From the NCBI GenBank assembly GCA_033723415.1, contig JAWVXD010000002.1, positions 312,988-376,987 on the forward strand: DNA of 64,000 nt, written 5' to 3'. Each line of letters begins with the position of its first letter. Within the stretch, counting starts at the first letter, position 1. This stretch comes from Sulfurospirillaceae bacterium. Its GTDB lineage: Bacteria > Campylobacterota > Campylobacteria > Campylobacterales > Sulfurospirillaceae. The position numbers and the translations under genes were made by a program. The notes beneath the pieces are model-generated. The model was not told where the DNA came from, ran no database searches, and saw only the letters and a program-made list of their open reading frames with translations. Positions 19,324-28,340 of the stretch are shown here, piece by piece.

Positions 19324-20163
19324 ATGAAAAATTACAAAACCATAGATGAGATCATCTTACAACACTCAACAAGAAAAATGGATCTGATACAAAAAGAATA
19401 TCCTATCCAACATTGTAAAACAGCAGTCGAGAATTTTATTAAGCTCGATAAAGGGATTGTATTTTTATATACTGGATTTTATGTTGGTTCTTTTGCAGAA
19501 ACAGACGGTCCTGTAGGAACATACTTTCTTGCAAAAGCTCTTAAAGCACTAGGATATGAACCTATTATAATAACAGATAAATACTGTGATGGATTTTTTA
19601 AAGAGATACAAACAATCCAAATTCCACTCGATGGATATAGTGATGAAGAATATCAAGAGATTATAAAAGAATACACTCCGATATGCCATATATCCATAGA
19701 GAGATGCGGCAAAAATGCCGATGGAATTTATGCAAATATGAGAGGTGATGACGTCAGTCCTTTTACTGCACCAGTGGATGAACTCTTTAAAATAGGGCAA
19801 CGCTCAGCTCCGACCTTTGCTATAGGTGATGGAGGAAATGAAGTAGGTATGGGTAACTTTGAAACTTTTATCAAAGAATCGCTCTCGTTATCTCCTTGTG
19901 TCGTAAGATCAGATTTCCCAATCATCGCTTCAGTTTCTAACTGGGGTGCTTACGGTTTTATAGCTTATTTGGAGATACTAAACAAAAAAGAGCTATTGCC
20001 GTCTTTTGATGAAGTTGATGAATATCTTGGATTTATCGTTTCTCTTGGCTCTATTGACGGAGTGACCAAAAAAAATGAAAAAACAGTGGACGGGAAAGAG
20101 TGGAGTATAGAAAAAGAAATCTTAAATGACTTAAAAAACATCACCGTGAATTCTATTGCTTAA
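19324..20163 (+). CDS. DUF4392 protein (D-glutamate cyclase C-terminal-like domain)
   Basis: TGF, ETDGPVG, ISIERCG, YANMRG, AIGDGGNEVGMG, SVSNWGAYG. Confidence 0.85.
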   Translation: MKNYKTIDEIILQHSTRKMDLIQKEYPIQHCKTAVENFIKLDKGIVFLYTGFYVGSFAETDGPVGTYFLAKALKALGYEPIIITDKYCDGFFKEIQTIQIPLDGYSDEEYQEIIKEYTPICHISIERCGKNADGIYANMRGDDVSPFTAPVDELFKIGQRSAPTFAIGDGGNEVGMGNFETFIKESLSLSPCVVRSDFPIIASVSNWGAYGFIAYLEILNKKELLPSFDEVDEYLGFIVSLGSIDGVTKKNEKTVDGKEWSIEKEILNDLKNITVNSIA

Positions 20164-20253
20164 ATAAGACTCTTTTATATAAAGTTTTAAAAAAATAAAA
20201 AAATAGATATAATATTCCAACAAATTTATAAAACTCTACAAAAGGAGAGTGTC

Positions 20254-20922
20254 ATGAGAAAAGTATTAGTGTTGCTTTTGTTGTCATCTGCATTTTTAGC
20301 TAGTATATTAAATGCCGGGATGGAACAAGAAAGAAGAGTACTTACGGCAACCAAAATTTTACAAGAAGCCTTATTTGCACCGAAGACCGGAATAACAAAA
20401 GAAGTATTACATAATGCCAAGGCGATCGCTGTATTTCCAAACACTATGAAAGGCGCATTTTTGATAGGCGGCAGAATAGGCGATGGAGTTATGAGCATAA
20501 AAGATGAAACCGGAAACTGGAGCGATCCTATATTTATGCACTTAAAAGGCTTGAGCTTAGGTTTTCAGATAGGGGTTCAATCAAGCGATATTATCATGAT
20601 ATTTAAAACTGAGCGAAGTATAGACGGTTTATCTGAAGGAAAACTAACATTAGGAGTAGATGCAGGAGTCGTAGTAGCGGCAAAAGGTGTTAAAGGTGGC
20701 GCTAAAACCGATGATAAACTGGCAGCGAACATTCAATCCTTTGGTAAAAGCAGCGGTTTATTTATAGGAGCATCACTAAGCGGTACAACACTTCATGTAA
20801 GCGACAATGACGATTTTGATTATTACGACACTATTGTTTATGTAAATGACATCTTAACTCATGACAAAGTAAAAAGCAAGCCTGAATCTGAGGCATTTAA
20901 AAAGGCTTTAAACAGTTTGTAA
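20254..20922 (+). CDS. SYLF/Ysc84 lipid-binding domain protein, secreted
   Basis: Signal peptide; AKAIAVFP, GGRIGDGV, WSDP, SLGFQIG, GLFIGASL. Confidence 0.85.
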   Translation: MRKVLVLLLLSSAFLASILNAGMEQERRVLTATKILQEALFAPKTGITKEVLHNAKAIAVFPNTMKGAFLIGGRIGDGVMSIKDETGNWSDPIFMHLKGLSLGFQIGVQSSDIIMIFKTERSIDGLSEGKLTLGVDAGVVVAAKGVKGGAKTDDKLAANIQSFGKSSGLFIGASLSGTTLHVSDNDDFDYYDTIVYVNDILTHDKVKSKPESEAFKKALNSL

Positions 20923-20944
20923 GTCTGCATAGCAGCTTACAAAC

Positions 20945-21439
20945 CTAAAGATTTTTGTTTATCTTAATAACCGGCTTTTGCACAAAGAGGTTATTAGGAT
21001 ACAAAATCATCTCTTCTTTTTGTGTTAATATTTTAATATAAAAAAGAGATATCTCTACGATCTCTCCCTCTACTGAATTATCACCGTCTATAATCTTGAT
21101 AAAATCTCCGATTCTTGTAGGAAAAGTAAAGAATATCAATATACTTGATGTAATATTGCTTAGAATTGACCACTGAGCAAATAAAGCTATACCTACTACT
21201 GCAAAAATAGATGAAGCAAATACCAACAATCCGTTTAGGCTCACGCTCCAAATCAACAAACCTAAAAATAAAGCAAAGGAGATGATGAGTATATTGAATG
21301 TTTTAACAACATAGTAAATGCGATTTTTAGATATTTTTTTCATATTTCCGGTCTTATGAAGAAAAAATCTTGACAGACTAAGTGCCAAAAATGTACCTAG
21401 GATCAAAATAATAGTTAAAATTATATTTCTATCTAACAT
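20945..21439 (-). CDS. Small MscS-family mechanosensitive channel
   Basis: Three TM helices, GIALFAQWSILSNI, RIGDFIKI, GEIVEI, YPNN. Confidence 0.85.
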   Translation of the reverse strand: MLDRNIILTIILILGTFLALSLSRFFLHKTGNMKKISKNRIYYVVKTFNILIISFALFLGLLIWSVSLNGLLVFASSIFAVVGIALFAQWSILSNITSSILIFFTFPTRIGDFIKIIDGDNSVEGEIVEISLFYIKILTQKEEMILYPNNLFVQKPVIKINKNL

Positions 21440-21475
21440 AGAAATTATGCCTTTTTATGATTTATAAGTGATAGT

Positions 21476-21503
21476 ACATGCTTTGTCAAAAGACAAAGCA
21501 TGT
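21476..21503. terminator. Hairpin downstream of the small acidic protein gene
   Basis: ACATGCTTTGTC-AAAA-GACAAAGCATGT, perfect 12-bp stem. Confidence 0.65.
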
Positions 21504-21525
21504 GTAACTCTATGGTTTTGTAATA

Positions 21526-21771
21526 TTAAAATTCTTTGTTGTGCTTACGAAAGATTTTTTGAGAACTTGGGAAGTCATCTATGTCGTCGTCATCATCATA
21601 ATTGTCATCGTAGTCTATTGTAAATATTTTCTCGTAACCCATCTTTTCAAGTTCTTCGTCAATCAACTTTGGATTATATCTGCTTTTTTTAGATTGCTCC
21701 AATATAGTCTTGATATCTTCCTCCGCAACACCATTTGCTCGCATCTCGTTAACCACATCTTTAAATGTCAT
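21526..21771 (-). CDS. Small hypothetical protein with Asp-rich tract
   Basis: GAGG SD before ATG 21771; IDEELEKMGYEKIFTIDYDD followed by an acidic run. Confidence 0.7.
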   Translation of the reverse strand: MTFKDVVNEMRANGVAEEDIKTILEQSKKSRYNPKLIDEELEKMGYEKIFTIDYDDNYDDDDDIDDFPSSQKIFRKHNKEF

Positions 21772-21947
21772 TATATACCTCAAATAATAATATGAATTAT
21801 TATTATAATCTACTTTGAGCTAAAAAAAGCTAAAAAAAATCTTAATATATCAACAAGTTTAAGATATTTAATTTTTCAGAAAATTTTTAGCGATTATTTT
21901 CAAAATAAGATGTATAATTCTCTCTAAAATTTTTTCAGGAGAACCAA

Positions 21948-22262
21948 ATGAAGAAGATTGTAATCAGCTCTATCATAGCAGCTGGATTATTGATTTCTAC
22001 GGCACAAGCAACTGAGGCTAAGGCATCTGTAAAAGCACCTGCCCATAAAACAGTTGCACACAAACACATGGTAGTAAAAGGTGAATTTATCACTAAGAAA
22101 GCTGCCTTGATTCGAAATGCTCCATCAAGAAAAGGCAAAATTGTCGCTCATCTAAAGAAAGGTAAAAAACTTTCTATTCAATCATGCGATAAATACAGTT
22201 GGTGTAAGCTAAAAGGTAAAAAAGAGTTCATCTCTAGAGATGTTTTAAAAAGAGCTAAATAA
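21948..22262 (+). CDS. Secreted basic SH3b-domain protein
   Basis: Signal peptide, IRNAPS..GKIV..LKKG, WCKL; AGGAG SD. Confidence 0.8.
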   Translation: MKKIVISSIIAAGLLISTAQATEAKASVKAPAHKTVAHKHMVVKGEFITKKAALIRNAPSRKGKIVAHLKKGKKLSIQSCDKYSWCKLKGKKEFISRDVLKRAK

Positions 22263-22273
22263 GCTGTTTTAAG

Positions 22274-22305
22274 GCGCATTATTCTAATGTAAAAGAATAA
22301 TGCGC
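22274..22305. terminator. Hairpin between convergent genes
   Basis: GCGCATTATTCT-N8-AGAATAATGCGC. Confidence 0.65.
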
Positions 22306-22312
22306 ACGTAGA

Positions 22313-22756
22313 TTATATATCTCTACACATTTTTAGCGCATCTTCTCCATCACTGTAATATTTTGGCAAGACTTTTGTTTTTACAAACCCAAAACTTTCA
22401 TACAACTTTATAGCTCCCTTATTACTTATTCTAACTTCCAAAAATATACGCTTATATCTTTCATCGATTTTTGCAAGTGCTTTTTTTATAAGTGTGCTTG
22501 CATAACCTTTCCCTTGAAACTGAGGCAGTACCGCCAGCGAATAAAGTCTGGAATAGGCTTTATTCGCTGGGCAAAAAAACAAAATATATCCTATGATTTT
22601 TTTGTTTTTTTTACAAACAAGTAACAAATTGTCTTTTTTCACATGATATAAAAAAGCTCGTTTTGTGATAATCCCATCAGAGGATATGAAAACTTGATTT
22701 TCCAGCTCACACAAGCGTGGTACATCTTGGGCTAAAGCCCTTGAGATAGTTATCAT
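22313..22756 (-). CDS. RimI-like GNAT acetyltransferase
   Basis: LAVLPQFQGKGYA acetyl-CoA motif, LEVRISN, LYESFGF, YYSDGEDA. Confidence 0.88.
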   Translation of the reverse strand: MITISRALAQDVPRLCELENQVFISSDGIITKRAFLYHVKKDNLLLVCKKNKKIIGYILFFCPANKAYSRLYSLAVLPQFQGKGYASTLIKKALAKIDERYKRIFLEVRISNKGAIKLYESFGFVKTKVLPKYYSDGEDALKMCRDI

Positions 22757-23733
22757 TTTTGATAAATCGAGTATTTTGGAACGAATTTTTTTGGTCTGTA
22801 TGATAATTTTACTTTTTTAAGATTTTCAAATCCCATATCATCTCCGACATTTATGAATTCTATCCCAAATATAATTTTCAGTTTTTTACAAAACTCTCGA
22901 AAAATAAATTGAGCAGCTCCTAGTTTTTCAAAATCCGTCTTTTCAAATATGATACTGGCAGTTTGTTCATTTAACTTCTCTCCTGCCGTAAAACCGCAGA
23001 TTTTTCCATCTATCTTAAGGACGATACTCAAGATTCCAAGTTTATCATAGTTATCCAGCAGTCTTTTAAGTGCGAATCGCTCCAGCGCTATCCCGTCAAA
23101 AAAAACTTCAAAGCTCTCATTTGGCATATACCGCATCCTATCGCTAACCCATTTTTGGAACAGTGCACTTACTGCATCTTTGTGTAAAATAGGATCATAT
23201 AATTCTATCTCTACATCATTATATGCTTTTATGAACTTGTTTATTTCATTTCTTTTTGAATGATAAGAGTTGCCTTTTAGTTCTATCATATCGTTTGCAT
23301 CATAAACATAATCAACAAGATTTTTTTCAACCAAATAATCTTGCAAGATCTCAAACATATCCGTTCCTTCTTCGAGCTGATCTACAAAAGCTGAGAGAAA
23401 CGACTCACAAACATAATCGATCCTAGAAGAACTTCGTTGAGTATTTACGGCGTTCATGATCTCAAAACAACTGACCATGGCATCTGCTACTTTCTCTTTT
23501 TTTCCAAGAGGGGGAAGTAGCATACTTAGATCTCCTCCGCTCATGACGAACAGACAAAAAGTATCGTTGATGATTCCATAAAATCCACTGGCATGAGAGA
23601 GCCATATGAAATTTGATGCAAAGGAATAATCACTCAACTGTGTTTCCATCAACGAAATATACTCATCCATCAAAGGTTTTGCGTCAAGTGCAAAAGGCTT
23701 TAAATTAAAATCCCTTACCAATAAATTTACCAA
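22753..23733 (-). CDS. DUF2156 protein (MprF/aminoacyl-PG synthase C-terminal-like)
   Basis: SDYSFAS, DYVY, LKGNSYHSKRNEINKF, FEKT, INVGDDMGFENLKKVKLSYRP. AAAGGA SD favours TTG 23733 over 23781. Confidence 0.82.
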   Translation of the reverse strand: MVNLLVRDFNLKPFALDAKPLMDEYISLMETQLSDYSFASNFIWLSHASGFYGIINDTFCLFVMSGGDLSMLLPPLGKKEKVADAMVSCFEIMNAVNTQRSSSRIDYVCESFLSAFVDQLEEGTDMFEILQDYLVEKNLVDYVYDANDMIELKGNSYHSKRNEINKFIKAYNDVEIELYDPILHKDAVSALFQKWVSDRMRYMPNESFEVFFDGIALERFALKRLLDNYDKLGILSIVLKIDGKICGFTAGEKLNEQTASIIFEKTDFEKLGAAQFIFREFCKKLKIIFGIEFINVGDDMGFENLKKVKLSYRPKKFVPKYSIYQK

Positions 23734-23854
23734 TGTAAATCCTTTAAAAATATATTTGGAATTGTACATCTTTTTTAGCAAAAAAAATACTTTTTTCGAG
23801 ATATAAATATAAAATATTTGATATAATACTTACATCTCACAAATCGAGGTACTT

Positions 23855-24895
23855 ATGTTAGAAAAAATAGGACTCTCCCCTGGGAGTACGATTTATACGG
23901 GAGATATAGAAAAAGAGAATCCACTCATCTCTATCACTACATTTGATCTGCAAAACGTAGACTCAAAAAACTACGAATCTATCGAAGAGACTCTGCGTGC
24001 TTACTCAAATATCTCAAAAGATACAAAAGCCTGGATACATATAGAACCTATAAGCGATGAAGAGAAGATAGCAAAACTTTGTAGCTTGTTTAATCTTCAC
24101 TCTTTGGTCGCAGAAGATATACTCTCCGTGAATCATAGACCGAAAGTTGATGAGTACGATGATTATATTTTTGTTGTCGTAAAATATGCGGTTTTTGAAA
24201 ACCATGTATTGAACTTTTACCAGATATCTTTCGTATTGAAAGGAAATCAAGTTATATGCTTTGCCGATAAATCTCCGGATAGATTTAGTATTATTCAAAA
24301 ACGATTGGAGAAACTCGAATCAAGAGGCAGAAAAAGCGGATCTCAATATCTTCTGTTCGCTTTGATAGATTTGATAGTAGATGACTATTTCTTGGTTTTA
24401 GAAGAGATAAGTGAAGAGATAGAGGATTTGGAAGATGAGATCATTTACTCTCCTACTAAACGCAGTATAGAGCATGTACATTTGCTAAAAAGAAATCTGA
24501 CAAATCTAAAAAAATCAATCTGGCCTATGAGAGAAGTCATCAATACTCTGATGAGATCAGATAGCATAGAAGATCAGTACCGTATGTTTTACAAAGATCT
24601 ATATGATCATATCATAGATATCATAGATATTATAGAAGGATACAGAGATAGCGTATCCGGTTTCTTAGACATATATCTATCGACTCTGAGCAACCGTATG
24701 AATGAGATCATGAAAACACTATCTATAATAGCTACGATATTCATACCTCTTTCCTTTTTAACAGGCTATTTTGGTATGAATTTTAAAGCTCAAACCATCT
24801 TAGAGTCAGCCAGTGCATACCATTGGACAAATTTGTCGATGATCGCAATACCTCTTGCTCTTTTGGGATATTTTAAACTTAGAAAATGGTTCTAA
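23855..24895 (+). CDS. corA: Magnesium/cobalt transporter CorA
   Basis: HRPKV, NRMNEIMK, YFGMNF signature, two C-terminal TMs. Confidence 0.95.
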   Translation: MLEKIGLSPGSTIYTGDIEKENPLISITTFDLQNVDSKNYESIEETLRAYSNISKDTKAWIHIEPISDEEKIAKLCSLFNLHSLVAEDILSVNHRPKVDEYDDYIFVVVKYAVFENHVLNFYQISFVLKGNQVICFADKSPDRFSIIQKRLEKLESRGRKSGSQYLLFALIDLIVDDYFLVLEEISEEIEDLEDEIIYSPTKRSIEHVHLLKRNLTNLKKSIWPMREVINTLMRSDSIEDQYRMFYKDLYDHIIDIIDIIEGYRDSVSGFLDIYLSTLSNRMNEIMKTLSIIATIFIPLSFLTGYFGMNFKAQTILESASAYHWTNLSMIAIPLALLGYFKLRKWF

Positions 24896-24899
24896 GCAG

Positions 24900-26738
24900 T
24901 TATTTTTCCAAAACAAATGGAAATTTAATATCTTTATCTATACTTCTGAGATGAAGGTCCCGTTGAGGAAATGGGATTTCTATACCGTTTTCATAAAGCG
25001 CATTGTATATAACGATCAAAAATCTAGAGATAGTGCTCTTCGGATTTAAAATCTCAGGACCTTGTATCCAGACAAAAAGTTCATAATCCACGCTACTGTT
25101 GTTCATGCTCGTCATGACGATATTCGTATGCCTATTCTTCGTGTTCATGACATCTTTGAATTTACATTTTTCTACCGCTTCTTCCACAACTTTGATGACT
25201 TTTTCTGGTTTCGTTCCGTAAGCCACTCCAAAAGGAACCTGAAAGCACCTGATCTTGTCATTCATAGTCCAATTTATCACATTGTTTTGTACAAAATTTT
25301 GATTGGGCACGATGACGTCGATATTAGAATTTGTATTTATTGTGGTCGCACGCATATGGATCCCGCTGACATGACCTTTAAGAGAATCTGAGAGTTCTAT
25401 ATAATCACCGACTTTTATGCTTCGCTCAAACATGATGATAATGCCGGAAATAAAATTTGAGACGATATTTTGCAAACCAAAACCTATACCTACTGAAAGT
25501 GCTCCTGCAACAAGCGCTATAGACGAAAGGTTGATTCCCAGCACGTTAAGAGCCACAAAAAAAGCGATGATAAGAATAATATAATAACCTATGTTGGAGA
25601 AGATCATCCTAGTAGACTCGTTTATGGATATACTGTTTGGTGCAATCCTTTTGATATTTGCTTTATAAAACCCTCCGATCATAAAACCGAAAACGAATAT
25701 CAAAACTGCAATAACCATCTTAAAAATACTCACAGGAGTACCGTTGATCTTAAAAATCGGCTCTACTATGATAGACCAAATAGAAGACATCAAGTTTTTG
25801 AACTCTTGCATTGTTGAGCCTGTTATTACTTTGATAGCACCTAAATAATGTTTTTCCATAGAACTGATCAAGGGAATAACGTCTGATTTTAATGATTCTG
25901 AAAATTCAAGTTTTGATATTTGAGCGATGATCTTATCGGCTGTTGCAAAAACCTTTTTATCTTTATTTTTAAGCTCATCGGAAAATTGCAAAAATAAATA
26001 TACGACTGTTTTTACTACTGCTTCATTGTATGCTTTTTTCTCTTTATCAATTTTATCATTGATTATTTTGATTCTATTGCTGGTCTTATTTATGAGCTCT
26101 AGTCTCTCTTTTTCTATCTCAAATCTATCTATCTCATTTTTCAATTTTCCTGCATTTCTCTCGGCAATTTCTATCCGTTTCAATAAGCCCTGTATCTCAA
26201 AATCAAGATTTTTTACAGATGAATCCAAACTGTTTTCGATAGATTTCATCTCGGAAGCAATAGATCTGATCTGCATTTGATATTTCAATATACTCTTGTT
26301 ATAAAAAGCATCTTGAAGTTGTAAAGTAAGAAGAGTCGGATCAGTATTCTTTGCTTTACTTATATCATTTTTTAAAATTTTAAGTTTTTCTTTTATCTGA
26401 ACTATCCTCTTTACAAAAGTATTTTTTTGCACGGCATCATTCATATATTTGTTAAATAAAAGCCCATAGGCATTTGCATTTTCAGGTATAGATATTTTTG
26501 TAGTTTTTTCTGTTGTATTGATGTCAATACTTATAAGCTTATATATCAGTGCTTTTTGCAAAGCGATTTCATCGCTCGCAGATTTTTCCAAAGAGAGTGT
26601 TTTGAGCAAGTTATTATATATTTGTTTATTTGCATTGATTAACGTATCGTTGGTATCTGCCCCAAACAACGCTATACAAACAAATAAAAATATAAAACTG
26701 CGTTTTATCGAAGCAACTATCATAAATCCCTCCTTCAA
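24900..26738 (-). CDS. Large MscS-family channel with periplasmic coiled-coil domain
   Basis: Signal peptide, helical N-domain, GALSVGIGFGLQNIVSNFISG, VINW, IEIPFPQ. Confidence 0.9.
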   Translation of the reverse strand: MKEGFMIVASIKRSFIFLFVCIALFGADTNDTLINANKQIYNNLLKTLSLEKSASDEIALQKALIYKLISIDINTTEKTTKISIPENANAYGLLFNKYMNDAVQKNTFVKRIVQIKEKLKILKNDISKAKNTDPTLLTLQLQDAFYNKSILKYQMQIRSIASEMKSIENSLDSSVKNLDFEIQGLLKRIEIAERNAGKLKNEIDRFEIEKERLELINKTSNRIKIINDKIDKEKKAYNEAVVKTVVYLFLQFSDELKNKDKKVFATADKIIAQISKLEFSESLKSDVIPLISSMEKHYLGAIKVITGSTMQEFKNLMSSIWSIIVEPIFKINGTPVSIFKMVIAVLIFVFGFMIGGFYKANIKRIAPNSISINESTRMIFSNIGYYIILIIAFFVALNVLGINLSSIALVAGALSVGIGFGLQNIVSNFISGIIIMFERSIKVGDYIELSDSLKGHVSGIHMRATTINTNSNIDVIVPNQNFVQNNVINWTMNDKIRCFQVPFGVAYGTKPEKVIKVVEEAVEKCKFKDVMNTKNRHTNIVMTSMNNSSVDYELFVWIQGPEILNPKSTISRFLIVIYNALYENGIEIPFPQRDLHLRSIDKDIKFPFVLEK

Positions 26739-26849
26739 ACACGTTTTTAATGAAATACCAATGCTTGTATTATAGCGAAGATTGGTTAACCGGTATGTAG
26801 ATAGTTAATAAATACTGCGATGAGGGAAAACCCCACCGCAGTATTGTTG

Positions 26850-28259
26850 TTATATAAAGATTAAAGAGCCTATAATGATAGTAGCTAGATAAAGTGCTCC
26901 AAATACTGCTCCAAGAGCCCACCATCGCCCTTGAGGAATATAGCCGGCTCCATACCACATAGGTGATGGACCGGTTGCATATGGAGTTATAATCCCCATC
27001 AAACCTAAACTTCCTGCCAATAAGATACTAAACGGTACCAATTGTTCAGGAGCTATCAATTTTACGGCAATAGCTAAAAAGATCGGCATTAATGCAGTAG
27101 TATGGGCTGTCGTACTTGCAAAAAAGTAGTGCAAGATAAAAAACAATATTAACATAGATATGATCAACATGGTCGGAGTCATTGTCGCCAAGTGGATTTC
27201 TGCACTTTTGCCGACCCAAGTCAAAATACCCACTTTTTTCAAACCTGATGCCATAGCAACAAGTGAAGCAAACCAAATTAGAACATTGATGGCTGCTTTG
27301 TTTGATATTACATCATCCCAAGATATGATCTTAGTCAAAACCATTATGGAAACAACTGAAATCGCAACTGTAGTCGAATGAACTCCAAATTTTTTACCAA
27401 ATATCCAAAGTGTCAATGCAACAAGGGCAAGAACACCCATCAAAATCTCTTTTTTTGTAATAGAGCCCAATTGTTGTAATTCATTTGCTGCCCACGCAGG
27501 AGCTTCAGGAGAAGTTTTTTGGGTTGGCGGATATATAATATACGTCAAAAGAGGAGTCAATAAAAACAAAGGGATCATAAGAGGGATCATTATACTCCCC
27601 CACGCTGACCAAGTTATCACATGACCGGTGCCTTGATTTATCAAATCCACAGCCAGTAAATTTGGAGCAAGTGCAGTTAAGAACATCGAACTTGTAACAC
27701 AAGTTGTAGCAATAGCCACCCAAGATATATAAGCACCCAATTTTCTAGGATTATTATCCGGCGTTGATTCAAAGATCAATGGAATATTACTGGCGACAGG
27801 ATAAATCGTTCCCGCGCTTCTTGCAGTATTTGAAGGCATGAACGGAGAGAGAACCAAGTCAGAGAGTGCAACCGCATATCCAAGACCAAGTGAACTTTTG
27901 CCCATATATTTGATCATGATAAGAGATATCCTTTTACCCAGTCCTGTTTTCTTATACCCAAGTGCAAACATAAATGCTGCAAATATAAGCCAGATTACAG
28001 TATTTGAAAATCCTGAAAGTGCCCATTTAATATTGCCTGAGGATGATTTATCCACGAGTCCTAACACTGCTACGAGTGAAATACCTGCAAAACCTACTAA
28101 TGCAGCAGGCACAGGTTCTACGATCAAACCGACTACGACAGCAAAAAATACTGCCAAGAAATGCCACGCATTTAGGCTCAATCCTACCGGAGCTGGTATA
28201 AACCAAAATACAAGCAGGACAACCACAGGAGCGAGCATTTTCATTGTATCTTTAGACAT
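26850..28259 (-). CDS. DASS-family di/tricarboxylate transporter (CitT/TtdT-like)
   Basis: PSNTARS, SSMFLTALAPN, HYFFASTTAH, TPYATGP. AAGGAG SD favours ATG 28259. Confidence 0.92.
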   Translation of the reverse strand: MSKDTMKMLAPVVVLLVFWFIPAPVGLSLNAWHFLAVFFAVVVGLIVEPVPAALVGFAGISLVAVLGLVDKSSSGNIKWALSGFSNTVIWLIFAAFMFALGYKKTGLGKRISLIMIKYMGKSSLGLGYAVALSDLVLSPFMPSNTARSAGTIYPVASNIPLIFESTPDNNPRKLGAYISWVAIATTCVTSSMFLTALAPNLLAVDLINQGTGHVITWSAWGSIMIPLMIPLFLLTPLLTYIIYPPTQKTSPEAPAWAANELQQLGSITKKEILMGVLALVALTLWIFGKKFGVHSTTVAISVVSIMVLTKIISWDDVISNKAAINVLIWFASLVAMASGLKKVGILTWVGKSAEIHLATMTPTMLIISMLILFFILHYFFASTTAHTTALMPIFLAIAVKLIAPEQLVPFSILLAGSLGLMGIITPYATGPSPMWYGAGYIPQGRWWALGAVFGALYLATIIIGSLIFI

Positions 28260-28340
28260 TTTGTCTCCTTTTGTCACAATTTTATGAAATTATATAATGA
28301 GCAAAGGGATAAAAATGGGACTTTTTTGATAAAATATACT

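Noticed and set aside
21580..21620. TCA/TCG triplet repeats
   Set aside because: These are the Asp codons of the acidic tract in the small protein, not an independent repeat element.
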